A stretch of DNA of 64,000 nucleotides from an uncultured Gammaproteobacteria bacterium (lineage in GTDB: Bacteria; Pseudomonadota; Gammaproteobacteria; JAGOUU01): NCBI GenBank assembly GCA_964609155.1, contig CAZSRF010000001.1, positions 19,166 to 83,165 of the forward strand, read 5' to 3'. Below are positions 9,389 through 18,576 of the stretch, piece by piece. The notes under the pieces were generated by a model. The model was not told the origin of the DNA, did no database searches, and was given only the letters and a program-made list of their open reading frames with translations. Made by a program: the position numbers and the translations under genes. Position 1 is the stretch's first letter; every line of letters begins with the position of its first letter.

Positions 9389-11529
9389 CTAGGCTTAAGC
9401 TTCAACACACGCCCTTTATCTCTAGGCTTGCTATCAGCATTGCTTTTTTTCGAACTTGATTTAGGCTTACCTGCTCTTACTTTATCATTGCTAATAAATT
9501 TAGCTGGTCTTTCAGATCTACCTTCAGATCGCTCGCTTCTACCTCTTGATGGTCGCTCTGATCTGCCACTTTCAAAACGCTCACCTCTTGCGGTCCGTGG
9601 TTTATCAAACGATCTACCGCCTTCTGCTCTCTCACTCCTACCCTTTCCAGATCTTTCAAATGATCTGCCATTTTCTGATCTTTCACCTCTTGCTGCTCGC
9701 GGTTTATCAAATGATCTACCGCCTTCTGATCTCTCACTTCTACCCCTTCCAGATCTTTCAAATGCTCTGCCATTTTCTGATCTTTCACCTCTTGCTGCTC
9801 GCGGTTTATCAAATGATCTACCGCCTTCTGATCTTTCACCTCTTGCTGCTCGGGGTTTATCAAACGATCTACCGCCTTCTGATCTTTCGCCTCTTGCTGC
9901 TCGCGGTTTATCAAACGATCTACCGCTTTCTGATCTTTCACTTCTACCTCTTCCAGAGCCTGATCTATCTGATCTACCGCCTTCAGATCTACCAAAACTA
10001 TTTCCTCTTGGACCACCTGATCTTCTAGAACGATCACCTCCATTACGGCTATCTCGGTCTCTACCAGAGCTATTACCATAATTAGATCTTTGAGAATTCG
10101 ACATATCTAAGCTTTTTAAATTATCTGATTCTGAAAGTAATAATGGAGCATCGCCATAAGCCATAACAGCGACTGCTGCTGCTATCTTGTTCACGCTGTG
10201 ATCAGATTCACCAGCAATTTGATTAATTACAGTAGCCATGGCTTCTAATTTTTCCTGCTTATTAATCTTCTCTTCACTAGCTTTAATAATATTTAATACA
10301 CGTGATTTAAAAAACTGTATACGCTTTTCATTGATTTCAGCTACTGTAGGCATAACATATTTTTCTATAGTAGTTTTAGTGAAGCGTTCTATATATCTCA
10401 GCTTGCTTGTCTCACCTCTAGTAGCAAAAGAAATAGCTACACCACTACGACCAGCACGACCAGTGCGCCCTATTCTGTGCAAATAGGTTTCTTCATCATG
10501 CGGCATATCATAGTTTATAACATGAGTTATTCTGTCGACATCTAAACCACGTGCAGCGACATCTGTAGCTATTAATATATCTATTCTACCAGCTTTAAGT
10601 TCTTTTATAGAACGCTCACGCATTTTTTGCTCAATATCACCATTTAATACAATTGCTCGGTGCCCTGCAGCAAGTAACTGTTCTCCAATAGTAATCGTCT
10701 CAAGCTTTGTGCGTGCAAAAACTATCATTGCATCCATACCATCATGCTTACTAATTTCTAAGATACGAAGCAAAGCATCAATTTTATCTGAATAATTAAC
10801 ACCCCAATAATATTGCGAAATCAAACTGCTGGTTTCATGTTTAGGCTCAATATTAACTTTTACAGGATCTTTTAAGTATTTACCGGCAATATTCTTAATA
10901 GCAGAGGGCATTGTTGCTGAAAATAAAGCTATTTGCTTGTTTTCAGAAGAGCGTTCTAAGATCAAATTTACATCATCAATAAATCCCATGCGCAACATTT
11001 CATCTGCTTCATCAAGTACTAGAATATCTAATTTAGATATATCTAATGTTCCACGCTCAATATGGTCAATAATTCTTCCCGGGGTTCCAACAACGATATG
11101 ACTGCCCTGCTTTAATTGTTTTAATTGAGTACGATAATCTTGCCCCCCACAGAGAGTAGCAATAACTAAATCTTTTATCTTGCTAGAATATTTACGAAAA
11201 GAATCTGCAACTTGAATAGCTAATTCCCGCGTTGGCGCTAAAATCAAAGCCTGAGGAATACAGTCCTCATCTTTATAAGAAATTCTGACTTTAGACAAAA
11301 TAGGCAATGCAAACGCAGCTGTTTTACCTGTGCCCGTTTGTGCTTGTCCAATTACATCATGTCCCTCACACAACACAGGTATAATTTCTGCTTGAATTGG
11401 AGTCGGTTTTTCATAGCCTATTTCATGAAGAGCTTGAATTACTTGCTGGCTGAGCGGCAAATCAACAAAGTTCACATTAGCAGAATTAACGATTTGGGCA
11501 GAATCTTTTGACTTGGTTGAGCGACTCAT
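9376..11529 (-). CDS. deaD: DEAD-box ATP-dependent RNA helicase (DeaD/CsdA-like) with long repetitive Arg/Ser/Gly-rich C-terminal tail
   Basis: Motifs GQAQTGTGKT (Walker A), DEAD, SAT, HRIGRTGRAG and the Q-motif region are present. The tail has about 8 copies of the 17-aa unit GRSFDKPRAARGERSEG. Confidence 0.85.
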   Translation of the reverse strand: MSRSTKSKDSAQIVNSANVNFVDLPLSQQVIQALHEIGYEKPTPIQAEIIPVLCEGHDVIGQAQTGTGKTAAFALPILSKVRISYKDEDCIPQALILAPTRELAIQVADSFRKYSSKIKDLVIATLCGGQDYRTQLKQLKQGSHIVVGTPGRIIDHIERGTLDISKLDILVLDEADEMLRMGFIDDVNLILERSSENKQIALFSATMPSAIKNIAGKYLKDPVKVNIEPKHETSSLISQYYWGVNYSDKIDALLRILEISKHDGMDAMIVFARTKLETITIGEQLLAAGHRAIVLNGDIEQKMRERSIKELKAGRIDILIATDVAARGLDVDRITHVINYDMPHDEETYLHRIGRTGRAGRSGVAISFATRGETSKLRYIERFTKTTIEKYVMPTVAEINEKRIQFFKSRVLNIIKASEEKINKQEKLEAMATVINQIAGESDHSVNKIAAAVAVMAYGDAPLLLSESDNLKSLDMSNSQRSNYGNSSGRDRDSRNGGDRSRRSGGPRGNSFGRSEGGRSDRSGSGRGRSERSESGRSFDKPRAARGERSEGGRSFDKPRAARGERSEGGRSFDKPRAARGERSENGRAFERSGRGRSERSEGGRSFDKPRAARGERSENGRSFERSGKGRSERAEGGRSFDKPRTARGERFESGRSERPSRGRSERSEGRSERPAKFISNDKVRAGKPKSSSKKSNADSKPRDKGRVLKLKPRKKS
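9530..9960 (-). repeat. intragenic 51-bp tandem repeats (x~8) encoding the helicase C-terminal tail
   Basis: The DNA unit recurs as ...tcaaatgatctaccgccttctgatctttcacctcttgctgctcgcggtttat... The high identity between copies suggests recent expansion or contraction. Confidence 0.8.
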
Positions 11530-11741
11530 ATTTGTATTCTCACAGAATTAACTAATTTGTATAAATTTAACAAACAAGACTAACAAAATAGGTAACAGAA
11601 AGCAAGAAGATTAGTAGTGAAGCTACATTTTTATTTTTTATTCAATTACTTAGATAAGCTTTGCAATCTGGCCACGCTAATCTCATAGAATGATAAATAA
11701 AATAGTATATAATAAGTATACAGAGTCGATCTAAACAGTTT

Positions 11742-11942
11742 GGTGTTATTCTGTGCTACACGAAAGAAGTCAACGTTTTTTGAGCTATAAGCTTTGATAG
11801 GGGTTTGGCGTGAGTGTATCGTTGTGCACGACTGCCTATAAATCTTATTTATAGAATGTAGTAAGCCTGAGCATACAACCGATGAGTCCCACCTGGAAGA
11901 CAGGTTCAAGGCGAGTACTTCTACGGTAATATGGGTAACACC
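11742..11942 (+). ncRNA. ssrS: 6S RNA (SsrS) candidate
   Basis: It lies immediately upstream of the 5-formyl-THF cyclo-ligase gene, as in the conserved zapA-ssrS-ygfA arrangement. The 3' half contains ccacctggaagacaggttcaagg, resembling E. coli 6S CACCUUGAACCAAGGGUUCAAGG. The ends (ggtgtta...gaagt / acttc...taacacc) can form the closing stem. Boundaries are approximate. Confidence 0.55.
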
Positions 11943-11953
11943 ATTATATTTAT

Positions 11954-12586
11954 ATGACTATGACCAGTGTTGATCCTAAAATAAAGCTTCGCAAAGAACT
12001 TCGCCAAAAACGTCGCCGTATAAGCAAACAAGAATCCTTACGCGCCGCTAAAGATTGCTGTGATATTATTATTAAGCAAAATATTTTAGAAAATAAGCGA
12101 AATATTGCCTTTTATCTCTCTCAAGATAACGAGCTAGACTTATGTTTTTTGCTAGCGTATTGTCTGGAGCATAAAAAAAATTGCTATTTACCTGTATTAG
12201 ATAATACTGCATTAAAGTTTGTGCAATACACACGTAATTCTAAGCTAATAAACAACAAATATCATATACTTGAACCTCTTATTGAGGATCCTAACAGCAT
12301 GTTAGCTGCACAAAACTTAGACTTAGTTTTTGTCCCTTTGGTTGCTTTTACTAAAAGTGGCAATCGTTTGGGTATGGGTGGTGGGCATTACGATCAAACT
12401 TTTGCTTTCTTGCAAAATTTAACCAATCATACTAATAATAATAGTACCTTTATAATTAAGCCTATTTTAATTGGGATCGCATATGAGCTACAATGCGTCT
12501 CTCAACTACCAATAGACTCTTGGGATATTAATTTAAATGGAATTGTTACAGAGAGTGAATATATTAAAATTCAAAATGAAGTCTAA
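11954..12586 (+). CDS. ygfA: 5-formyltetrahydrofolate cyclo-ligase
   Basis: LRKELRQKRRRIS at the N-terminus and the GMGGGHYDQTF motif identify the family. It is positioned after the 6S RNA candidate. Confidence 0.8.
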   Translation: MTMTSVDPKIKLRKELRQKRRRISKQESLRAAKDCCDIIIKQNILENKRNIAFYLSQDNELDLCFLLAYCLEHKKNCYLPVLDNTALKFVQYTRNSKLINNKYHILEPLIEDPNSMLAAQNLDLVFVPLVAFTKSGNRLGMGGGHYDQTFAFLQNLTNHTNNNSTFIIKPILIGIAYELQCVSQLPIDSWDINLNGIVTESEYIKIQNEV

Positions 12587-13220
12587 CACCCTATTAGCTG
12601 CAATTGCCTTATTTGCTAACATCATTCTTCTAGGAAATAACACGCTAGCTAGTCCTGTATATGAATGCAAAGACAGCAATGGTCAAATTATTTTTACCGA
12701 TAATCCTAAAGCTACCCCCGATTGCAACGCAGCCACGCAAAAAACAATACCTCCCCTTCCGAGTTTTACTCCTCCTAGTAGAAATAGTAAAAACAAAGAT
12801 CACACCATAAATAAGACACCTACAAACGCTGCTGTTCCTAAAAAAAACGTGATTATCGCTAATGGTGAAGAAGAGGTAACTGCTGGCTCTGATGATACAG
12901 GAGAATATGAACAAAATTACTCCGAACTATCTATAACCTCACCTACTAGTGGTGCTCAAGTAAATAGCTGTGGCGGCTTACTAGATATAAGTTTCAATGT
13001 TAGCCCTGCATTAGCTGGTGGTGACTTGGCTGTGTTAGCTATCGATGGCACTCCCTATGGTGAACCTACAGCCAACACGACAATATCAACAAATTCTCTT
13101 GAACGTGGACCACATAGTATTTTTATTAAAATAATATCCAAAGATAATAAAATACTTAAAACATCAGCTCCTGTGGAATTTATGTTTATGCGGAATTGTG
13201 CCAAACATATAGCGCCCTAA
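12576..13220 (+). CDS. DUF4124-like secreted protein
   Basis: Signal peptide MKSNTLLAAIALFAN is followed by VYECKDSNGQIIFTDNP, the DUF4124 signature. The start was chosen at the internal Met of the ORF. Confidence 0.6.
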   Translation: MKSNTLLAAIALFANIILLGNNTLASPVYECKDSNGQIIFTDNPKATPDCNAATQKTIPPLPSFTPPSRNSKNKDHTINKTPTNAAVPKKNVIIANGEEEVTAGSDDTGEYEQNYSELSITSPTSGAQVNSCGGLLDISFNVSPALAGGDLAVLAIDGTPYGEPTANTTISTNSLERGPHSIFIKIISKDNKILKTSAPVEFMFMRNCAKHIAP

Positions 13221-13222
13221 GC

Positions 13223-13747
13223 ATGAAAACAAAAGATGTATCGGATGAAATATTAGATATTGTTGATCAAAACGACAAAGTTATTTCTCAGGACTACAAA
13301 AAAAATATTCACGAGAATCATCTTCTCCACCGAGCCTCTCATATAATGGTATCTTATAAAAATTATGTTTTTTTACAACTGCGTTCTAAAAATAAACAAC
13401 AATTTCCTAACAAATGGGATATAAGTACAGCGGGGCATGTTATAACACAAGAAAATTATACTAACTGTGCTATTCGAGAATTACAAGAAGAGCTAGGTCT
13501 AACAACATCTAAACAAAAGCTCATAGAGGTAACTTTACTGCCTGCATCTGAAAAAACAGGCTTTGAATTTATCAAAATATTTCATTTAAAACTCGATACT
13601 CTAACTAATATTACATTACAAACCAAAGAAATTACTACTGGAGGCTGGTTTGATAAAAGTCATGTAACCTTTTGGCTAAATCAACATCCTGAAGACTTTG
13701 CTGGATGTTTTAATCTAATCTGGAATTACTGCTCTGCCACCTGTTAA
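13223..13747 (+). CDS. NUDIX hydrolase
   Basis: It carries the Nudix box ...ENYTNCAIRELQEELGL (GX5EX7REUXEEXGU-like). Confidence 0.7.
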   Translation: MKTKDVSDEILDIVDQNDKVISQDYKKNIHENHLLHRASHIMVSYKNYVFLQLRSKNKQQFPNKWDISTAGHVITQENYTNCAIRELQEELGLTTSKQKLIEVTLLPASEKTGFEFIKIFHLKLDTLTNITLQTKEITTGGWFDKSHVTFWLNQHPEDFAGCFNLIWNYCSATC

Positions 13748-13795
13748 TCTTAATTAAAATATAATATTATATTACACTTCAGTACACCTTAGTGC

Positions 13796-13868
13796 GGGCC
13801 TATAGCTCAGTTGGTAGAGCAGGAGACTCTTAATCTCTTGGTCGAAGGTTCGAGTCCTTCTGGGCCCA
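13796..13868 (+). tRNA. tRNA-Lys (anticodon CTT)
   Basis: A cloverleaf folds by eye: acceptor GGGCCTA/TGGGCCC, D-arm GCTC-AGTTGGT-AGAGC, anticodon stem GGAGA/TCTCT with loop CTCTTAA, T-arm GAAGG-TTCGAGT-CCTTC. CCA is not encoded. Confidence 0.7.
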
Positions 13869-14046
13869 TCAAAAATCCTTAAAAATCAATTAATTATCTG
13901 GCATTGTCTTAATTATAACTTTGAATTTCTAGCATTGGGGGACGCTTATGGAACAATACACTATAACAAACCACTATAGTTTATTAGATCTAGAAAAAAT
14001 ATTTATTTATCAATATATTACAGGTGGCAATTGCTAAAATCATTAA

Positions 14047-14105
14047 AACTGCTCAAGATTAAGCAATCTTATGGTTAAAATTGCTTAATCTTGAGCAGTT
14101 TTTTT
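14047..14105. terminator. bidirectional rho-independent terminator
   Basis: A perfect 19-bp stem (ctgctcaagattaagcaat / attgcttaatcttgagcag) is flanked by AAAA upstream and a T9 run downstream. It sits between convergent genes. Confidence 0.8.
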
Positions 14106-14168
14106 GCTGGTTGTACAGTAAGATAAATATTTAAGACCTTACTTGACTTAATAGTTAGTACGTTAGTT

Positions 14169-14642
14169 CTATACACTTATAGTTACCACTTTGGACACAC
14201 TATCCACTTTAACCCATTCATCAAGTAATTTATCCACATCAATTTTTTCAAAACCGCCAGGAGTCTCATTTTTATGAGAATCTGTAAAACGCCGTGCAGT
14301 ATAGCCAGCTTGAGTTGCAACTTGTACAAACGGGGCAACACTAATAGCATTAGGAGGAGTTAGACTAGAAACTGCATCTGCATGCTGTACAACTGGCTCG
14401 ACAAACATTGGTGGCGGGATTACTACTGGATATACTATAGGTGCTTCATTTGCCACCGGCAATATTGAATCAAAAATTCCATGCATAGCAGAAAAAGGAG
14501 AAACAAGAAGATTCGTTACTTTACGTCCCACACTAGTTGCCATTTTTGATGTAGTTATTCTTGCTTTGAAGCTTGTAGAACCAGCCTTAAGAGAATCTTT
14601 TATAACCTGGTTTAATTTTCTATGCTCATGTTGATCAGCCAT
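14169..14642 (-). CDS. hypothetical protein
   Basis: 157-aa ORF with a Pro/Val-rich middle region. No family recognised. Confidence 0.45.
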   Translation of the reverse strand: MADQHEHRKLNQVIKDSLKAGSTSFKARITTSKMATSVGRKVTNLLVSPFSAMHGIFDSILPVANEAPIVYPVVIPPPMFVEPVVQHADAVSSLTPPNAISVAPFVQVATQAGYTARRFTDSHKNETPGGFEKIDVDKLLDEWVKVDSVSKVVTISV

Positions 14643-14794
14643 ATTAACTCCTGTTGTTATGATATTATTTTATTATTTTACTTGTATGTTTCTTTCATTC
14701 TATTCTCTAAAGAATCCTCATGTCAATAGCTAAAAAAATAGAAGCTGAAACACTTTTTCTTTTTCTTAAGTGCTCTTTTTAGTATAATAGAGCA

Positions 14795-15268
14795 ATGTTT
14801 AATATCGTATTATTCGAACCAGAAATCCCTCCAAACACAGGGAACATTATCAGGCTATGTGCTAATACTGGCGCTAAATTACATCTCATAGAGCCATTAG
14901 GATTTGTCTTAGATGATAAACGTATGCGTCGAGCTGGATTAGACTATAAAGAGTGGGCAGAAGTTACCGTTCATCATAACTTTGCAGAAGCATTGTCTTT
15001 TTTTTATAAGCTAGGTCATCAGAATATCTATGCTATCTCTACTAAAGGCAAAAACTCTTATCATGAAATCCAATTTCAGCCCAATGATATTCTATTATTT
15101 GGCCCTGAGTCTCGCGGATTACCCAAAGAAATTCTTGAACAACTAGGTAATCAAAATATGATTCGCATCCCTATGCAACCTAATAGCCGTAGTTTAAATT
15201 TATCAAATTCTGTAGCAGTTATTTTATATGAAGCCCTTAGACAAAACAATTTTACAGGTTGCATCTAA
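14795..15268 (+). CDS. trmL: tRNA (cytidine/uridine-2'-O)-methyltransferase TrmL (SpoU family)
   Basis: MFNIVLFEPEIPPNTGNIIRLCANTGAKLHLIEPLGF matches TrmL closely. Confidence 0.85.
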   Translation: MFNIVLFEPEIPPNTGNIIRLCANTGAKLHLIEPLGFVLDDKRMRRAGLDYKEWAEVTVHHNFAEALSFFYKLGHQNIYAISTKGKNSYHEIQFQPNDILLFGPESRGLPKEILEQLGNQNMIRIPMQPNSRSLNLSNSVAVILYEALRQNNFTGCI

Positions 15269-15404
15269 AACTTAGTACCGCAAAAAATCAAATAAGTTAG
15301 ATTATCTGATTTTACATTCATTAAAAGTTTTTGTTCATTCCGCTTGTAAAAAAATAGCTTAATTCTATAATAAGACTTCTGATTTTAATTAAAAAATTAA
15401 ATTT

Positions 15405-15830
15405 ATGTTCGATCCAAGCAAATTCGTTGTTACAATAAGAAAATTGACTTACGGTGCACTTAAATTTGGCGGAAGAAACCCTTTCAAAGATGAAGAAGAA
15501 CCGTTTGCAGATGCTCTAACTGGCATTATAAAAGTTCAAAATCCTGCTTTATTCTGCAAACAATTCCTTGACTCAGAGTCTGAACTTTCACAGCAAAAAC
15601 TAGAAGACAAACGGCATAAAGGTCTACATATTCGTGCTATCATTTCATCTGGTAGTGGATATATAATGACTGTCACATTTCCAAGAGCACTTTGCATGAG
15701 TATTTTGGCTGTAGAAAGTAAAGATGCTGATCCTTACTCTTCTCTTATAAGCTTCAGGGTGGCTCGTCCTATATTTATCGCAGAGCATAGCTTCGATGAT
15801 GATGTTTCTAAACATCTACATAAACCATAG
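15405..15830 (+). CDS. hypothetical protein
   Basis: 141-aa ORF. No family recognised. Confidence 0.4.
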   Translation: MFDPSKFVVTIRKLTYGALKFGGRNPFKDEEEPFADALTGIIKVQNPALFCKQFLDSESELSQQKLEDKRHKGLHIRAIISSGSGYIMTVTFPRALCMSILAVESKDADPYSSLISFRVARPIFIAEHSFDDDVSKHLHKP

Positions 15831-15866
15831 CGCTAAATTCAAAACTAACGTCTACGTTTATTCCAT

Positions 15867-16895
15867 TTATTCCAACTTTTGCGGTCGATTTGCCAAATTT
15901 CCGATAGCACCTGCAACTGACAGGTTATCATATAGCACATGATAAGCCTGTTCTGTAATGGGCATATCTATTTTATAATTTTGAGCTATCTTATAAATTA
16001 ATCTTGTTGTTTCTACGCTTTCTACGTTTTGATGAATTTTTTTTAATGCATCTGAAATATTGTCACCTTGACCAATATAATAACCAAATCTTTTATTACG
16101 CGATTGCTCATCTGTTGCCGTAAGAACTAAATCACCCAATCCAGACAACCCCATTAAGGTTTCCTGTTCAGCTCCCAGTGCAGCACCTAAACTTAACATT
16201 TCATGCAAACCTCTTGTAATTAAAGCTGCTCTTGCATTACTACCAAAGCCTACTCCATCGCTACAACCAACAGCAAAGGCTAAAATATTTTTAACTGCGC
16301 CTCCAAGCTGCACTCCCAAAATATCAGTTCTGGTATAAACTCTAAACCAATTGTTATGAAAAATTTCTGCAACTGTTTTAGCTATGTTTATATTTTTTGC
16401 CGCTGCAACAACAGCTGTTGGTTGTTTTTGTATTACTTCCTTAGCAAAAGATGGTCCTGACAACGTGCAAAAAGCCTGCTCCATCCCTAAATAACTAGCT
16501 ACTACGGTATGTAACCACACTGGCTCGGTAACACCATTGATTTCTGCTTCAGTTAGACCTTTGGTGGCAGATACAATAATAATTTTAGCTAAGATTTCTT
16601 TACTAATATATTTACTTAATTCTGTAATGGTAGAAGTAAAAACTTTGCTTGGTAAAGCAATAACAATATATTTTGTTTTCCATGTTACCGCTTCTAAAAG
16701 ATTAGTCGTGACAGAGATTTTATCTAGATCATCAAATATTTTATTTTGAATAGGAAAATATTTAGAGTTATGATTACTAATCAAATCTGTCAAAAGATTT
16801 TGATCCCTAGCGCAGATGGTAAGATGATGACCATTAGCAACTAATACTGATGCCAATGCCGTTCCCCATGAACCTGCGCCAATTATCGTGATCAT
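15867..16895 (-). CDS. gpsA: NAD(P)H-dependent glycerol-3-phosphate dehydrogenase
   Basis: MITIIGAGSWGTALASVL is a Rossmann start. The protein resembles GpsA throughout and lies downstream of secB. Confidence 0.85.
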   Translation of the reverse strand: MITIIGAGSWGTALASVLVANGHHLTICARDQNLLTDLISNHNSKYFPIQNKIFDDLDKISVTTNLLEAVTWKTKYIVIALPSKVFTSTITELSKYISKEILAKIIIVSATKGLTEAEINGVTEPVWLHTVVASYLGMEQAFCTLSGPSFAKEVIQKQPTAVVAAAKNINIAKTVAEIFHNNWFRVYTRTDILGVQLGGAVKNILAFAVGCSDGVGFGSNARAALITRGLHEMLSLGAALGAEQETLMGLSGLGDLVLTATDEQSRNKRFGYYIGQGDNISDALKKIHQNVESVETTRLIYKIAQNYKIDMPITEQAYHVLYDNLSVAGAIGNLANRPQKLE

Positions 16896-16928
16896 GATGT
16901 GACACTAATTAATTATTTAAACTAATCA

Positions 16929-17417
16929 TTAACCATTAGCCGCTTTCTTTTTGCTTTCTTCATATAGAGCATCAAAATTAATTGGCGCCAATAAAAGCTG
17001 AGGAAAGCCACCACGTACAACAACATCAGAAATCACTTCACGTGCATACGGGAATAAAATATTTGGGCAATAGCTACCTAATAAATGTTCTAATTGTGTA
17101 ACATCACCACCTTCAATAGTAAATACACCCGCTTGCTTTACTTCATTGATAAAAATAGTTTTTTTCTCATGAGACAACGTAACTGTTATAAGCAAAACTA
17201 CTTCATAGATATTATTTTCCATTTTTTCATTTTTAACTGATAACTCAATATTAACATCAGGTTTCCAATCTTGATGCATAAATATTTTTGGTGTCTCAGG
17301 TGATTCAAAAGAAAGATCTTTGACATAAATTCTTTGTATAGTGAAGTTCATTGCAGATCCTTGTTGTTGATGACTATCATTACTTGCATTACCATTCATA
17401 CCATTTTTCCCCACCAT
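16929..17417 (-). CDS. secB: protein-export chaperone SecB
   Basis: FTIQRIYVKDLSFESP matches the SecB N-terminus. The true start may be an internal Met (MNFTIQ...). Confidence 0.8.
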   Translation of the reverse strand: MVGKNGMNGNASNDSHQQQGSAMNFTIQRIYVKDLSFESPETPKIFMHQDWKPDVNIELSVKNEKMENNIYEVVLLITVTLSHEKKTIFINEVKQAGVFTIEGGDVTQLEHLLGSYCPNILFPYAREVISDVVVRGGFPQLLLAPINFDALYEESKKKAANG

Positions 17418-17479
17418 ATTGCTTCCCCTAGATTTAGATTTAATTTGAATTCAAATTTCTAATTGCTACTTGTTAATTA

Positions 17480-17926
17480 TTAATTACTAACTGTAGGTAG
17501 GCTCTCAGATTGCCATACCTGCATACCACCTTGTAAATAACCAATATTTTTAATACCACTACTTTTTAATTTAAAAGCCTCTTGACCAGACTTAATGCCA
17601 TCCTTGCAAACTAAAACAACAGGTCTGTTATTATTATTTTTTAGTTCTGTGTTTATCTTACTCAATAAAAGATTAGTATTATTGATATCTGAAAATGCAT
17701 AATTCAACGCTTGACTTATGTGACCTTTATTAAACTCACTTGTGGAGCGTAAATCATATAAAATAGCATCCTGCTGATTAATGAGTTCTACAAGGCTTGT
17801 GGTACTTAACCGCTTTGGGCCATAAACTTTAATCCTAATTTCCAAAGCTATAAGTGCTAATAAAACAGCAAGCCAGCTTGTTGAAAGTAAAAGATTATGA
17901 TTGATAAAATAAATAATATCTTGCAT
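17480..17926 (-). CDS. rhodanese-domain membrane-anchored sulfurtransferase
   Basis: An N-terminal TM segment is followed by a rhodanese fold with the active-site Cys in VLVCKDGIKSG. Confidence 0.7.
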   Translation of the reverse strand: MQDIIYFINHNLLLSTSWLAVLLALIALEIRIKVYGPKRLSTTSLVELINQQDAILYDLRSTSEFNKGHISQALNYAFSDINNTNLLLSKINTELKNNNNRPVVLVCKDGIKSGQEAFKLKSSGIKNIGYLQGGMQVWQSESLPTVSN

Positions 17927-18033
17927 AGTGTGTATATTTTAAATTATTAACAACTTTTGCGGGCATCAATAGCATAATAACTGCCCTATCAGTAAACCCA
18001 GATTGTAGCCAATTTTCAGACATTAAGCTAGTT

Positions 18034-18501
18034 TTACACAGCTTTTAATAATTCATCTATGTCTATTTGGACGCCTAACGTGAGATTATGTTTTTTTGCA
18101 AAACCAGAACCCGCCTCAAGCACATAGACATACGGTACAGAAGATGCATATAGAATACTAAAATCTAGTGGTTTGGTATTTTCTTGAATAGTGACTATCT
18201 TACCAGCCTTGTCCATAAATATTATATCTAAGCTAACATACGTATTTTTCATCCAAAAACTTCCATTTGTCGGTTCGTCATAGATAAATAACATGACGCA
18301 TCCTGAGCAAAGTGTTTCTCTAAACATTAACCCTGTAGCTTTTTGTTCAGGTGTTTTAGCTAGCTCAACTCTGGTTAACGCAAGTTCTTTTACACCCAGT
18401 TTTTTAATTGCTTGTTCCCCAGCAAAAGAAGATAAAGATACTGTGATACAAACTAAATAGATCAAAACTAAAAAAAATTGCACGTAAAAAGATTTTTTCA
18501 T
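18034..18501 (-). CDS. DUF192 domain protein
   Basis: Signal peptide plus KTPEQKATGLMFRE...FWMKNTYVSLDIIFMD, which is the DUF192 pattern. Confidence 0.65.
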   Translation of the reverse strand: MKKSFYVQFFLVLIYLVCITVSLSSFAGEQAIKKLGVKELALTRVELAKTPEQKATGLMFRETLCSGCVMLFIYDEPTNGSFWMKNTYVSLDIIFMDKAGKIVTIQENTKPLDFSILYASSVPYVYVLEAGSGFAKKHNLTLGVQIDIDELLKAV

Positions 18502-18576
18502 ACTGTTTTTATATTGTAAGAGCATATAATAAGGTTACATTTTGAATCTCTGCCTTTTACTTATTAAGATTACACC

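Noticed and set aside
9428-10081. Three overlapping long ORFs (217 aa on +, 200 aa on -, 160 aa on +) in the helicase 3' region
   Set aside because: They are artefacts of the 51-bp tandem repeats, which keep alternative frames open. The helicase frame, with DEAD-box motifs upstream, is the real one.
11646-11909. 87-aa minus-strand ORF
   Set aside because: It lies entirely inside the 6S RNA candidate and the ygfA leader. It has no coding-like composition and is probably a spurious antisense ORF.
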